Origin: Puniceicoccales bacterium
GTDB taxonomy: Bacteria > Verrucomicrobiota > Verrucomicrobiia > Opitutales > LL51
Assembly: GCA_031255715.1 (NCBI GenBank)
Contig: JAIRRZ010000025.1
Span: forward strand, 1-52,815
Reading direction: 5' to 3'
Length of the DNA stretch: 52,815 nucleotides
Notes under the pieces: model-generated
What the model saw: the letters and a program-made list of their open reading frames with translations, nothing else
Databases searched by the model: none
What the model was told of the DNA's origin: nothing
Program-made: the position numbers and the translations under genes
Shown here: positions 32,064 to 42,351 of the stretch, piece by piece
Layout: each line of letters begins with the position of its first letter
Numbering within the stretch: position 1 is the first letter of the stretch

Positions 32064-32351
32064 ATGACAGCTGAACACATCAATATCGACCATATTGCAA
32101 TGCTATGCCGGATTGCTATTTCCGATGAGGAGCGTAGAACGCTTCCCAAACAAATCGATACCATGCTCGCCCACATACAGCAACTCGAAGAAGTAGATAT
32201 CCGAGATGTAAAACCAACTCTCCATACATTGGAAATTAGTAATGTTTTGCGTAGCGATAAACCTGGGGAGAATTTTTCCGTCGAAACCGCACTAATGAAT
32301 GCTCCGGAACAAAAAAATAACCAAATTACGGTCCCCCGAATTGTGGAATAA
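32064..32351 (+). CDS. gatC: Asp/Glu-tRNA amidotransferase subunit C
   Basis: IDHIAMLCRI, QLEEVD..V.PT.H, NVLRSD, NAP, VPRIVE; precedes gatA. Confidence 0.93.
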   Translation: MTAEHINIDHIAMLCRIAISDEERRTLPKQIDTMLAHIQQLEEVDIRDVKPTLHTLEISNVLRSDKPGENFSVETALMNAPEQKNNQITVPRIVE

Positions 32352-32352
32352 T

Positions 32353-33816
32353 ATGGAAGAACTTTTTTTTAAATCAGCGGAAGATTTACTGCAAATGCTG
32401 GCAAAAAAATCCTTATCTTCCGTAGAATTGACACAAATTTTTCTCAAACGTATCAAGGCCGTAGACCCTAAAATTCAAGCATTTCTATCGCTCGATGAAG
32501 AAAGATCGTTGCAGCAGGCAAAAGCATCCGATGAACGCCGGGCCAAAGGAAAATTATTAGGATTACTTGACGGCATTCCCGTAGGTATGAAGGATGTCAT
32601 TGCGGAAAAAGGTCAGCCTTTGACCTGTGCTAGCAAAATTTTAGAGCACTACATCAGTCCCTACGATGCGACGGTTACGGAATCTTTATATCGATCGGGA
32701 GCAATTCTCATGGGACGATTAAACTTAGATGAATTTGCCATGGGATCTTCCACGGAAAATTCGGCCTACCAAAAGACCCATAATCCATGGAATCTGGCAT
32801 ATATTCCCGGTGGAAGTAGTGGCGGTAGCGCAGCGGCAGTCTGCGCGGGTGAGGTTCCTTTGGCCTTAGGTTCAGACACGGGCGGCTCAATACGCCAACC
32901 AGCAGCCTGCTGCGGTATCGCAGGATTAAAACCGACCTATGGCCTTGTTAGTCGATATGGATTATCGGCATTGGCCAGCTCTCTGGATCAGATTGGACCA
33001 TTTGCACGCAATGTAACGGACCTGGGACTATTGCTCCAGGTCATTGCTGGGTACGATGAACGCGACTCAACAAGCTGCAATGCGGAAATTCCAAATTATA
33101 ATCAACTCCTAAAAAAGCAGCAACCCTGCCGCATCGGCATCCCAAAGGAATATTTTTCGGAAGGTATCGATTTGGAAGTTCGCCAAGCTATTGAAAATGT
33201 CATCAAATTTTATGAAAAAAATGGTTACTCCACCGTTGATATTTCTCTACCGCATACTCACTATGCGATTCCGGTATACCATGTGATTATGATGGCTGAA
33301 GCTTCCTCAAATTTGGCACGATTTGACGGCATTCGCTACTCCCATCGTAGCCCGAAGGCAACCAATGCAACGGATATTTATTTCAAATCACGGGGAGAAA
33401 GTTTTGGCTCGGAAGTTAAACGGCGTATCATTTTAGGCACCTATGTATTAAGTAGTAATCACCTCGAAGCTTACTACGTCCGAGCACAAAAAGTTCGGAC
33501 ACGAATCTGTGAAGATTTTGCCAAAGCATTTGAAACCGTAGATGTTATTTTGTCACCTACGACACCAACAACGGCATTTAAATTGGGTGAGAAAATAAAC
33601 GATCCTTTGCAAATGTATTTGAGCGATATTTGTACCGTATCCGTCAATTTGTCGGGCTTGCCGGCCCTATCCATTCCCTGTGGATTTTCAAAGGCAGGCC
33701 TACCTATTGGTCTCCAATTTATTGGCAAAGCATTCCATGAATCCGAGTTAATGTCCATCGCCTATCTATTCGAAAAAGCACACGATTTTGCTCTGCGTTT
33801 TCCATCAATTACCTGA
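32353..33816 (+). CDS. gatA: Asp/Glu-tRNA amidotransferase subunit A
   Basis: DEFAMGSSTE, PGGSSGGSAA, GSDTGGSIRQPA, ASSNLARFDG, EVKRRI. Confidence 0.98.
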   Translation: MEELFFKSAEDLLQMLAKKSLSSVELTQIFLKRIKAVDPKIQAFLSLDEERSLQQAKASDERRAKGKLLGLLDGIPVGMKDVIAEKGQPLTCASKILEHYISPYDATVTESLYRSGAILMGRLNLDEFAMGSSTENSAYQKTHNPWNLAYIPGGSSGGSAAAVCAGEVPLALGSDTGGSIRQPAACCGIAGLKPTYGLVSRYGLSALASSLDQIGPFARNVTDLGLLLQVIAGYDERDSTSCNAEIPNYNQLLKKQQPCRIGIPKEYFSEGIDLEVRQAIENVIKFYEKNGYSTVDISLPHTHYAIPVYHVIMMAEASSNLARFDGIRYSHRSPKATNATDIYFKSRGESFGSEVKRRIILGTYVLSSNHLEAYYVRAQKVRTRICEDFAKAFETVDVILSPTTPTTAFKLGEKINDPLQMYLSDICTVSVNLSGLPALSIPCGFSKAGLPIGLQFIGKAFHESELMSIAYLFEKAHDFALRFPSIT

Positions 33817-33842
33817 TATTGCCGAAAAAATCAATGAAGAAT

Positions 33843-33868
33843 GGCACTTTTTTAATGGGAAAAGTGCC
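33843..33868. terminator. Hairpin downstream of gatA
   Basis: ggcactttt...aaaagtgcc. Confidence 0.5.
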
Positions 33869-34047
33869 CATTGAGGCTGTACTTTTTCAATATATATCTC
33901 CCTACCACAATTTCTTTACTAAAGAATTTTTCCAGAATCTCATTCCTTACAGTAAAACCACAGGATACTGCCCTAGAAATTAACTCATCACTATTCCTTC
34001 TGGAGCATAAAAAGACTGTATTTTCGTTTCACAGAATCAGAAAAAAA

Positions 34048-35913
34048 TCACACACAATCGACGTAGCGCCTAATGGCTTCGACTTTCCAGGATGAAGTTT
34101 GATCGCCAATGGTCATTTCCACATCATCGCCAACCCGTTTTGCGAGCAATGCCTGGGCCAGCGGAGTTTTATAGGAAAGAATATTATTGTCGGGATCGCC
34201 ATCCCAAGCACCCAGAATTGCATATTCCGCATTTTCATTGAACGTGTTCATTAAACAAACAATGGTACCAATACCTACAACATCGTCATTTGCCGTAGCA
34301 AAATTAATAATTTGCGCTCTTTTAAGGTCGGCTTCCAATTGGTCACGCCGCGATAGCAAAATACCTTGATCCTGCCGTGCCATTTTGTATTCCGAATTTT
34401 CACTAAGATCTCCATGCTCACGGGCAATTTCAATAGCTTTTTTATTGGCCGGAATTTTTTCATTAATTAATATTTCATATTCCTTTTTCTTCGCATCGAA
34501 ACTTTCTCGAGAAACCATAAGTGAAACATCTGTGCTTTGCTTATCGGAAAGTTTATCGGAAATTAACGCTTGAATCGATGGAAACTCCTTAATAAATCGT
34601 GCAAATAGTAATTTTTTAGTCAACGAATCAAACCATTGATTTTGCATTAACATTTGACATAAATCTCGCGCATGCTCTTCCGTCGCATCGGATAGCAAAT
34701 CGCAAATTAAATTACGATCTTCACTGACCAGTTCAGCCAAAGGAATGCGTTTCGACGAAGCATTGGCTAAAGCTTCGATATCAATGGCCAAAAAAATTGC
34801 ATTTAATAATTTATGCCCAATCAATTCTTTAGAAATAACTTCAGAAAATTTCCGCACGTGACGATTCTTAATAATCCAATGTAATACCGGTGACTTTAAT
34901 GCACGTTCATTCAACCAGCGATTAAAACAGTCCCTCAAAAAGTCATGACAACCCCGTTCAACAAGAAATAGAATACATTCATTTGTAAATTTTCCCTGAC
35001 TATTTCTTAATAAATTAGCGCAGCGTTGTTCCCATTCATCGGGAAATGCACAGGTCACTAATAGCAAAAAGCGCCCATAGTAACTCGGCAGTAAATCTTC
35101 AACCAATCTACCTAGATTACTACAATCGCGAACTAATGCCTCCGGAGTTGGTTCAAAATATTCAATTTCTTCACCAATAATTCCCGCTAGATCATTACGA
35201 ACCCAACAGCAGGTTAATTTTTGTGCGATAGACAAACGCTTGTCATTGGACGTAAGAATAGCGCTCAAATCATTGACCACATTTTTAATTTCTAAGGCAA
35301 TCGTTTCCTGATTTTCATGGGGAAGATCCAAAATTTTCGCAGCAATTTCGATTTTTTTCACAGGGTCTCGATGTATCTGAACCTGCTCTATAATATCATC
35401 TTCGATACTGACGGGTTGCTCCCGTAAAATGTAAGTATTGAGACGTTTCGGTGATAGCGCAATTAGCGGATCCTTCGCGAGTAATTTTTTTACATTAGAC
35501 CACCAGCGACGAAATCCGGATTCCCCAATAATACGTTTAAAAATAAACTCAATTTCACTCAGTGCTAATTCCTTATGAGAACTTTCTTCAATGAGCGAAC
35601 GAATAAGTGCAACAGGCTCATTTTTGGCCTTTTCCGTAATTTCTTCAGGATTATTTTTGAATTGAACGAGAATATTATTGTTAGGCAAAATCTCTAATTT
35701 TTTGACGCAAAAGATAGGATTCATACGATGTTCTTCCTGATCTTCGAACACAATTCTCAATACATTCGCCGTAGGTTCATAGCCTAGAATTTGGCCTAAC
35801 CCCCAACTTTGGTGAACACAATAGGTTCCGTCGTTAATATTTGCCAGCTTTTCGAGCTCCCTATCGAGGAGCGGCTGTTTCCGTGCAATTTGTTCAATGA
35901 TCGTTTTATCCAT
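34048..35913 (-). CDS. greA: Long-form transcription elongation factor GreA (large N-terminal extension)
   Basis: C-terminal AREHGDLSENSEY, YAILGAWD, SYKTPLAQALL. Confidence 0.9.
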   Translation of the reverse strand: MDKTIIEQIARKQPLLDRELEKLANINDGTYCVHQSWGLGQILGYEPTANVLRIVFEDQEEHRMNPIFCVKKLEILPNNNILVQFKNNPEEITEKAKNEPVALIRSLIEESSHKELALSEIEFIFKRIIGESGFRRWWSNVKKLLAKDPLIALSPKRLNTYILREQPVSIEDDIIEQVQIHRDPVKKIEIAAKILDLPHENQETIALEIKNVVNDLSAILTSNDKRLSIAQKLTCCWVRNDLAGIIGEEIEYFEPTPEALVRDCSNLGRLVEDLLPSYYGRFLLLVTCAFPDEWEQRCANLLRNSQGKFTNECILFLVERGCHDFLRDCFNRWLNERALKSPVLHWIIKNRHVRKFSEVISKELIGHKLLNAIFLAIDIEALANASSKRIPLAELVSEDRNLICDLLSDATEEHARDLCQMLMQNQWFDSLTKKLLFARFIKEFPSIQALISDKLSDKQSTDVSLMVSRESFDAKKKEYEILINEKIPANKKAIEIAREHGDLSENSEYKMARQDQGILLSRRDQLEADLKRAQIINFATANDDVVGIGTIVCLMNTFNENAEYAILGAWDGDPDNNILSYKTPLAQALLAKRVGDDVEMTIGDQTSSWKVEAIRRYVDCV

Positions 35914-36185
35914 ACTCTTTTGCTATGTGTGTTATACCCACCTGTAGTAATTCTTGCAAGATTAAATAGTCTTGTCAATTATTTTCTAATCCATCCCGTT
36001 AGATAGCATTAAATGCCATAAAAACTAGCATTTCCAACGAATCAAAGCCAATATATCAAAAGTTTTAATATTTATGAATTTGCGATAAATGAATCGCAAT
36101 TATAAGGACAAAGTAAATTTTTCATGTTTCCAAATGTCAATTGTGTTGGCCAAAATTGATTCAACAACCCGATGGCTAATACATA

Positions 36186-37142
36186 TCACTCCTCCACAAG
36201 TGCACAGACATATTCATCAACAGCAAACGGTATCAAATCCTCAGGACTTTCACCGGTACCGATAAAGTAAACCGGAATACCTAACTTTTGATAAATCCCA
36301 ACAATTGCTCCTCCGCGACTTGTTCCATCTAGTTTCGTCAAAATCATCCCCGTTAAACCAAGTTCGTCGTGAAATTTTTTTGCCGATGCAATCGTATTCG
36401 CCCCCAAATGGGCATCAGCAACTAACCATAGGTGCTGCGGAAAAGCAGGGTTAACTTTCCCAATCACTTTTTTTAATTTCATTAGTTCCGCCATGAGATT
36501 GGATTTATTATGGAGACGCCCTGCCGTATCTAAAATGACAACATTTTTTCCTCGCCTAATGGCCGCTTGACAGGTGTCAAATGCAACGGAAGCAGGATCA
36601 GCTCCCCGCTGGCTCTCGACAAGATCAAAACAAAGCCGATCCGCCCAAATTTTAATCTGCTCATTCGCCGCCACACGGAATGTATCACAAGCTCCCACAA
36701 TTACCGATTGTCCATTTCCCGTAAAAAACCCTGCCAATTTTGCAGCAGTTGTCGTTTTTCCGGAACCATTAGCTCCAATCAATCCAATCACTAGCGGAAT
36801 CGTTGTTTCCTGTAAGTTACCCCCATCACCGATGACCACCTGTCTTTTAAATAGCTCCGAACAATGATCAGCACCATGGAGCACATCGAGTAATACATTT
36901 TTACAAATCACACTCACTTCCCGGTCCCGCATTTGTGGATTATTTTCATAAGCTGCTTTAATCATAGTAACAATATTCCTTGTCGTTTCAACACCAATAT
37001 CGGCCGAATAAAGCAAAGCTTCAATTTGGTCGACAGAATTTTGATCAAGTTTTTTTCCATGAAAAATATTTTTAAAGATTGAAGTCAGTTTATTTTTAGT
37101 TGACTTAACCTGAGTGCGAACTTTCGCAAATAACCCAAACAT
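36186..37142 (-). CDS. ftsY: Signal recognition particle receptor FtsY
   Basis: ADIGV, GANGSGKTT, DTFR.AA, DTAGR, TKLDG, GTGE; start placed at MFGLF. Confidence 0.96.
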   Translation of the reverse strand: MFGLFAKVRTQVKSTKNKLTSIFKNIFHGKKLDQNSVDQIEALLYSADIGVETTRNIVTMIKAAYENNPQMRDREVSVICKNVLLDVLHGADHCSELFKRQVVIGDGGNLQETTIPLVIGLIGANGSGKTTTAAKLAGFFTGNGQSVIVGACDTFRVAANEQIKIWADRLCFDLVESQRGADPASVAFDTCQAAIRRGKNVVILDTAGRLHNKSNLMAELMKLKKVIGKVNPAFPQHLWLVADAHLGANTIASAKKFHDELGLTGMILTKLDGTSRGGAIVGIYQKLGIPVYFIGTGESPEDLIPFAVDEYVCALVEE

Positions 37143-37727
37143 ATGGATCATTTTTCGCAAAATGTACAAAAGTCGATCAAAAAAGCGATTTTTCTTGATC
37201 GCGATGGTACGCTCAACGTCGATTATTATTACGTTTCCGAGCCGAATAAAATTTACCCAATTGATGGAGCAAAGGAAGCCATTGAAATTTTTATACACCA
37301 AAAATTTCGGCTCTTTTTATTCACAAATCAACCCGGCATTGAGCAAAAAATTTACACCAAAGAAGACGTTGAAGCCTGCAATCAACGGATTATCGAACTC
37401 TTAGGCAATCCGTATTTTACGGAAATTTGTATTGCACCCGAGGCAACCTATGCACCGGAACATTACCGCAAACCTTCTCCGCGATTTATTAATGAAATGG
37501 TCGAAAAATATCGATTGAATCGCAATGAATGCTACATGGTTGGCGACAAAGAAACCGATGCTTTTGCAGGTCTAAACGCAGGTATTCACAGCATTTTACT
37601 CGAATCTCAATATCCACAATCCTCACAATGCAAGCAATTAATTCAAGAAAAAAAAATCCTAGTTTTCAAAAACTTACTTAACTTTGCCCAAAAATATACT
37701 GCTCACGCACATATGCCTCATACGTGA
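37143..37727 (+). CDS. gmhB: HAD IIIA hydrolase, D,D-heptose-1,7-bisphosphate phosphatase-like
   Basis: AIFLDRDGTL, TNQ.GI, RKPSP, MVGDKETD. Confidence 0.8.
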   Translation: MDHFSQNVQKSIKKAIFLDRDGTLNVDYYYVSEPNKIYPIDGAKEAIEIFIHQKFRLFLFTNQPGIEQKIYTKEDVEACNQRIIELLGNPYFTEICIAPEATYAPEHYRKPSPRFINEMVEKYRLNRNECYMVGDKETDAFAGLNAGIHSILLESQYPQSSQCKQLIQEKKILVFKNLLNFAQKYTAHAHMPHT

Positions 37728-37825
37728 CCGAAATACGATACCCAAAGGCTAGCAGGAAACTGTTCTTGATTTTTTTACTAAAAAATATTGACATCATTAA
37801 AAAATCTAGCAGCTAGTCATTAGCA

Positions 37826-39250
37826 ATGGACATCAAAAATCAGTCCACGGATAAACCTCGTGCGCATTTGGGGGTATTTTCTCTAGCAATGATTAATTGC
37901 GCAGCGGTCATTAACCTCAGAAATTTACCTTCCATGGCCGAATACGGCTTAGGTATGGTCGCTTTCTATATTTTCTCTGTAATTTTCTTTCTCATTCCAA
38001 CTGCCCTCGTATCGGCGGAACTGGCAACCGGTTTTCCCGAAGAAGGCGGCATTGCTAACTGGGTTAGCAAAGCAATGGGAGGTCTTTGGGGATTCCTAGC
38101 AGTCTGGTTACAACTATTTTCAAATGTAGTCGGGTTTCCAGCATCTCTCGCCTATTTCGCTTCAATTATAGCGTATGCAACCGGCTATCCAAGCCTTGCG
38201 GAAAATAATTACTACATATTTTTTGTTATTTTGGCTGTTACTTGGGGAGGAACCTGGATTGCGCTTCGAGGAATACGCCTGGCAAGCTTCGTTACCAATA
38301 TGGGCTCCGTTTTCGGCACAATTATTCCAGGAATTATTATTACGGCACTGGGAATTGCCTGGCTTGCGACAGGACACGAATCCCATACGAAGCTATCCTT
38401 TTCTGCGCTATCGCCCGTCCTCGATTCTCCGGAAAAATTTGTCTTTCTACTCAATGTATTCCTCGGATTTGCAGGTCTAGAGATGTCCGCTGCCCATGCC
38501 CATGATGTCAACAATCCTCAACGGGATTACCCACACGCCATATTGTTGTCCGCACTCCTCATTTTTGTTATTTCTCTGCTGGGTTCTCTCGCCATTGCAG
38601 TATCGGTCCCTAAAGAAATACTCACCCTCGAATCGGGAGTTATTCAAGCCATCGAAGCACTATGTATGCAATTCGGTATACCCTGGCTTATCAAATGGAT
38701 CACATGGCTTATGGCTCTGGGTGTTTTAGGATGGTTTATTGCCTGGGTTGCAGGACCCGCCCGGGGTATGCTCGCCACGGCTAAAACAGGGAATCTTCCA
38801 CCGCCCTTACAAAAAATGAATGCCCAGGGCATGCCCTCAGCAATTATTATTTGGCAAGCCATCACCATTACGTTGTTTTCATTTATTTTTTTAGTCATTC
38901 CATCCGTAACAAAATGTTTCTGGATTCTCGTAGCGATTACAGCTCAGACGATGCTCATTATGTATATCCTCATGTTCGCCGCTGGAATTATACTTAAATT
39001 CAAATATCCCGATGTAAAACGTACCTACACCGTTCCCTTTGGAAATTTTGGAATGATTGTTATGGGTGTGACAGCCAGCATCATTTGTGCAATTTGTTAC
39101 ATCATTGGATTTTTACCGCCCGAAGAAATTCACTTCGAAAGTAAAACAACTTACATCTTGCTCATGATTGCGGGAAATATTATGGTAATGCTACCACCAT
39201 TTATCATTGATTATTTTCGCAAGCCGAGCTGGAAAAATAATACGTTATAA
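37826..39250 (+). CDS. APC-family amino acid permease (GadC-like)
   Basis: NLRNLP, PTALVSAELATG.P.EGG, FAGLEM, NPQRDYP; about 12 TM. Confidence 0.9.
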   Translation: MDIKNQSTDKPRAHLGVFSLAMINCAAVINLRNLPSMAEYGLGMVAFYIFSVIFFLIPTALVSAELATGFPEEGGIANWVSKAMGGLWGFLAVWLQLFSNVVGFPASLAYFASIIAYATGYPSLAENNYYIFFVILAVTWGGTWIALRGIRLASFVTNMGSVFGTIIPGIIITALGIAWLATGHESHTKLSFSALSPVLDSPEKFVFLLNVFLGFAGLEMSAAHAHDVNNPQRDYPHAILLSALLIFVISLLGSLAIAVSVPKEILTLESGVIQAIEALCMQFGIPWLIKWITWLMALGVLGWFIAWVAGPARGMLATAKTGNLPPPLQKMNAQGMPSAIIIWQAITITLFSFIFLVIPSVTKCFWILVAITAQTMLIMYILMFAAGIILKFKYPDVKRTYTVPFGNFGMIVMGVTASIICAICYIIGFLPPEEIHFESKTTYILLMIAGNIMVMLPPFIIDYFRKPSWKNNTL

Positions 39251-39326
39251 TGGGAGAAAATATTAAAGAAAATTTTATAAGGTTGACGAAATCAAGATCC
39301 TTCTTAGGAAATTAGAGAAATAAAAA

Positions 39327-40721
39327 GTGAAAAGTGAAATTAAGTCAATAAGTTCGGTTCGCAAGGAAGCCACCGTTGTTATCGCAAAAGATATCATTCA
39401 AAACGAAGAAAATTCCGCTTTACAATCTTTCGTTCGGGATGTTAAAATTCCGGGATTTCGGAAGGGTAAAGTTCCTTTAGCACTTATCAAATCGCGCTAC
39501 GCCAAAGAATTACAAGAACAAGTCGACAAGACTGTTGCTTCGAGAGTCTTTGATGATATTGTTAAAGAAAATAATTGGGAAATTTTTTCGCTTACGAAAT
39601 TTGATGTTAAAAATACACTCGATGGAGAAAAGGAACTCAATTTTATCGTTGATTTGAAGCCAACCTTCGAGCTGTTCGATTATAAAAATATCGAAATTGA
39701 ACAACCCGCAATTGCCATTAATGATGAAGACATTACCAAAGCCATCGAACAAATTCGTAATCATTATGCGAATTACAAAGAAGTAAAACGTCCGATTCAA
39801 AGGGGGGATTTTGTGCGCTTTCAGTATGAAGGTACACTCGATGATGGAACAAAAGCCATCGATCTTGTTCCGCAAACACCAATCTGGGCTGAACAAAAAA
39901 ATACCTGGACAGAGGCAGGCAATGAAAACTCCCATGAAATAAACGCAATCACCGTAGGTATTGAGGGAATGGAAATTGATGGTGAAAAGGACATTGAAAT
40001 GGAATTCCCGACTGACTTTGACGTCACTGAACTACAAGGGAAAAAAGTGATTTACCATATCAAAATTTTCGAAATCCGCGAGAAAATCCTTCCCGAGCTC
40101 GACGATGCATTCTTTGAGAAATTAAAAGTAAAGGATCTTGACGAACTCAAAACCCAAGCAACGGCAGAACTAGAAAATCGCAAACTACAAATATTGCGTT
40201 TCGAACAGCGGGAAAGTATTGTTCAAAAAATGCTCGATACCGCCTTCTTCGAAGTTCCTGAAAGTGCTATACAATATGAGCAAATTTATATCATACGTAG
40301 TTTGGTTGAGCAAAAAATTCATGGAGGTATAGCTGCGGAAATATTTCAAGATAGTAAAGATAAATTAGTTGAAGACACCCAAGAATTATCCCGCGATCGC
40401 GCAAAGGTCAATTTTATTCTTGAAAAAATTGCTGAACAGGAAAAAATTACCATTTCAGAAGCAGAAATGAATCAGATGGTTATACAAGAAGCATCGATGT
40501 TGGGAATTGCTCCGAATCAATTGATCGAAGAGATTAAAAATAATCAAGAACGTATTCGTGAGCTTCAACGACGTGCTGTTTTTGGAAAAACACTTGATTT
40601 TATTTTGCTTACCAATTTAAGGAGAAGTGACAGTAAGGAAGAAAATGTTTCTTCGACAACGGTAAACCCTGCAGAGGACACATCATCCGATGGTTCTGCC
40701 GTACCCATCAATATTGAGTAA
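39327..40721 (+). CDS. tig: Trigger factor
   Basis: [10 protein letters not shown] ribosome-binding motif, FKBP-like middle domain. Confidence 0.95.
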   Translation: MKSEIKSISSVRKEATVVIAKDIIQNEENSALQSFVRDVKIPGFRKGKVPLALIKSRYAKELQEQVDKTVASRVFDDIVKENNWEIFSLTKFDVKNTLDGEKELNFIVDLKPTFELFDYKNIEIEQPAIAINDEDITKAIEQIRNHYANYKEVKRPIQRGDFVRFQYEGTLDDGTKAIDLVPQTPIWAEQKNTWTEAGNENSHEINAITVGIEGMEIDGEKDIEMEFPTDFDVTELQGKKVIYHIKIFEIREKILPELDDAFFEKLKVKDLDELKTQATAELENRKLQILRFEQRESIVQKMLDTAFFEVPESAIQYEQIYIIRSLVEQKIHGGIAAEIFQDSKDKLVEDTQELSRDRAKVNFILEKIAEQEKITISEAEMNQMVIQEASMLGIAPNQLIEEIKNNQERIRELQRRAVFGKTLDFILLTNLRRSDSKEENVSSTTVNPAEDTSSDGSAVPINIE

Positions 40722-40723
40722 TT

Positions 40724-41353
40724 ATGCAATCTAAAATCATCAATCAAACTTACATGCCACTGCCCTATGTCTATGAACGCGATGGTCGCCAGGAGCGCTC
40801 GTGGGATATTTATAGTCGTTTGCTTAAGGATCGCATCATTTTTTTAGGGACAGCAATCGATGATTTCGTAGCCAATGCAATCGTCGCCCAACTGCTTTTT
40901 CTTCAAATGGAAGACTCTAAAAAGGATATTCATATGTACGTTAATTCGCCAGGAGGTAGCATTACGGCTGGCATGGCAATCTACGATACAATAAAATTTA
41001 TGAGCTGCGACGTAGTAACCTACTGTATTGGACAGGCAGCAAGCATGGCAACGGTACTCCTAACAGCTGGAACTAAGGGAAAACGCTATGCGCTTCCCAA
41101 CAGCCGAGTTATGATTCATCAGCCTTCAGGCCAGGCAACGGGACAAACCTCGGATATATCGATCGCAGCAAAAGAGATTTTACGTTGGAAAAAAACTTTG
41201 ACCCATGTTCTTGCAGAATGTACAAGCCAACCAATGGAAAAAGTAGAAAAAGATTCGGATCGCGATTTTTTTATGTCGGCAATGGATGCAAAAGAATATG
41301 GTATTGTGGATGAAGTTATTGAAAAAAAGCCTATAAATGATAAAAATAGCTGA
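40724..41353 (+). CDS. clpP: ATP-dependent Clp protease proteolytic subunit
   Basis: [30 protein letters not shown]. Confidence 0.98.
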   Translation: MQSKIINQTYMPLPYVYERDGRQERSWDIYSRLLKDRIIFLGTAIDDFVANAIVAQLLFLQMEDSKKDIHMYVNSPGGSITAGMAIYDTIKFMSCDVVTYCIGQAASMATVLLTAGTKGKRYALPNSRVMIHQPSGQATGQTSDISIAAKEILRWKKTLTHVLAECTSQPMEKVEKDSDRDFFMSAMDAKEYGIVDEVIEKKPINDKNS

Positions 41354-41355
41354 AT

Positions 41356-41811
41356 ATGGAAACGAATGAAAAAAGTGAAAAAATGTCGCTGCGCCGTGAA
41401 AATCGGATTCTACTGGTTCAATTGGCCTATATGTGTGAAGCAACACGAACGAAAGCGGATACGGAAACTTTTCTATCGCTCTGCAATATTTTTGAAAAAG
41501 ATCCGATAAGTTTTAAGTTTGCCCAAGAAATAATCTTTTTACTACAAAAAAATTTAGCCGAAATTGACACGCTTATTGATCGTTTCGCAACGAATTGGAA
41601 TTTTTCACGTCTATCGCTAGTCGATTTATGTATCCTCCGTCTTGCAATTTGCGAGCTATTATATCGTAATGATATTCCTCCAATCGTAACGATTAACGAA
41701 GCAATTGAATTGGGAAAAATGTTTTCCGGAGAAAATTCCAAAGCATTTATTAATGGCATATTGGACCGTGTTAAATGTACGCTTTCTCGCTCACTGCGTA
41801 CGGCTTCCTAA
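41356..41811 (+). CDS. nusB: Transcription antitermination factor NusB
   Basis: NW..SRL..VD..ILRLA, INEAIELGK.F, FINGILD. Confidence 0.93.
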   Translation: METNEKSEKMSLRRENRILLVQLAYMCEATRTKADTETFLSLCNIFEKDPISFKFAQEIIFLLQKNLAEIDTLIDRFATNWNFSRLSLVDLCILRLAICELLYRNDIPPIVTINEAIELGKMFSGENSKAFINGILDRVKCTLSRSLRTAS

Positions 41812-41814
41812 TTT

Positions 41815-42297
41815 ATGCTAACCAATCCAAAATTATTTTCCTTAGAAGAAGCCACAAAAATTCGTAATCAGCCCCATGATTGTGCCGTTGTTTTGACAAA
41901 TGGATGCTTCGATTTACTCCATGCAGGTCACATATTCTCATTACAACAGGCAGCAAAATTCGGCGAACTTTGGGTAGCGCTCAATGGTGACGAGAGTATC
42001 CGCCAATTGAAAGGTCCATCGCGACCGATTATTGGCGAAAATGAACGAGCATATATTCTCTCTGCGCTAGAGTGTGTCAGGGGGATTTTTATCTTTACTG
42101 GTCAACGATTAACCCAAGAATTAAAGACTTTCCATCCCGATATTTACGTAAAATCAGCGGATTATAATTTTGAAATACTTCATATGGAAGAGCATCTTGT
42201 CCTTGACAAAATGCGTACCACCATAGAGTTTGTGCAAATATTGCCCAATATTAGTACAACTATTTTAATAAACAAGATTCAAGATTTAACCCACTAA
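41815..42297 (+). CDS. Heptose-1-phosphate adenylyltransferase (RfaE domain II-like)
   Basis: TNGCFDLLHAGH, ALNGDESIR.LKG..RPI, PDIYVK..DY, STT. Confidence 0.85.
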   Translation: MLTNPKLFSLEEATKIRNQPHDCAVVLTNGCFDLLHAGHIFSLQQAAKFGELWVALNGDESIRQLKGPSRPIIGENERAYILSALECVRGIFIFTGQRLTQELKTFHPDIYVKSADYNFEILHMEEHLVLDKMRTTIEFVQILPNISTTILINKIQDLTH

Positions 42298-42351
42298 AAT
42301 AAATCATTGCGCTTGATTGTTCAAGTGCTTAGCGTTGTTTTTATTTTATTT

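Noticed and set aside
37143-37301. N-terminal extensions in the ORF track (ftsY; also atpC, trxB, dxr, gatA, desaturase, permease)
   Set aside because: Extensions overlap neighbouring genes, repeats or promoter boxes; family-typical N-termini begin at downstream Met codons
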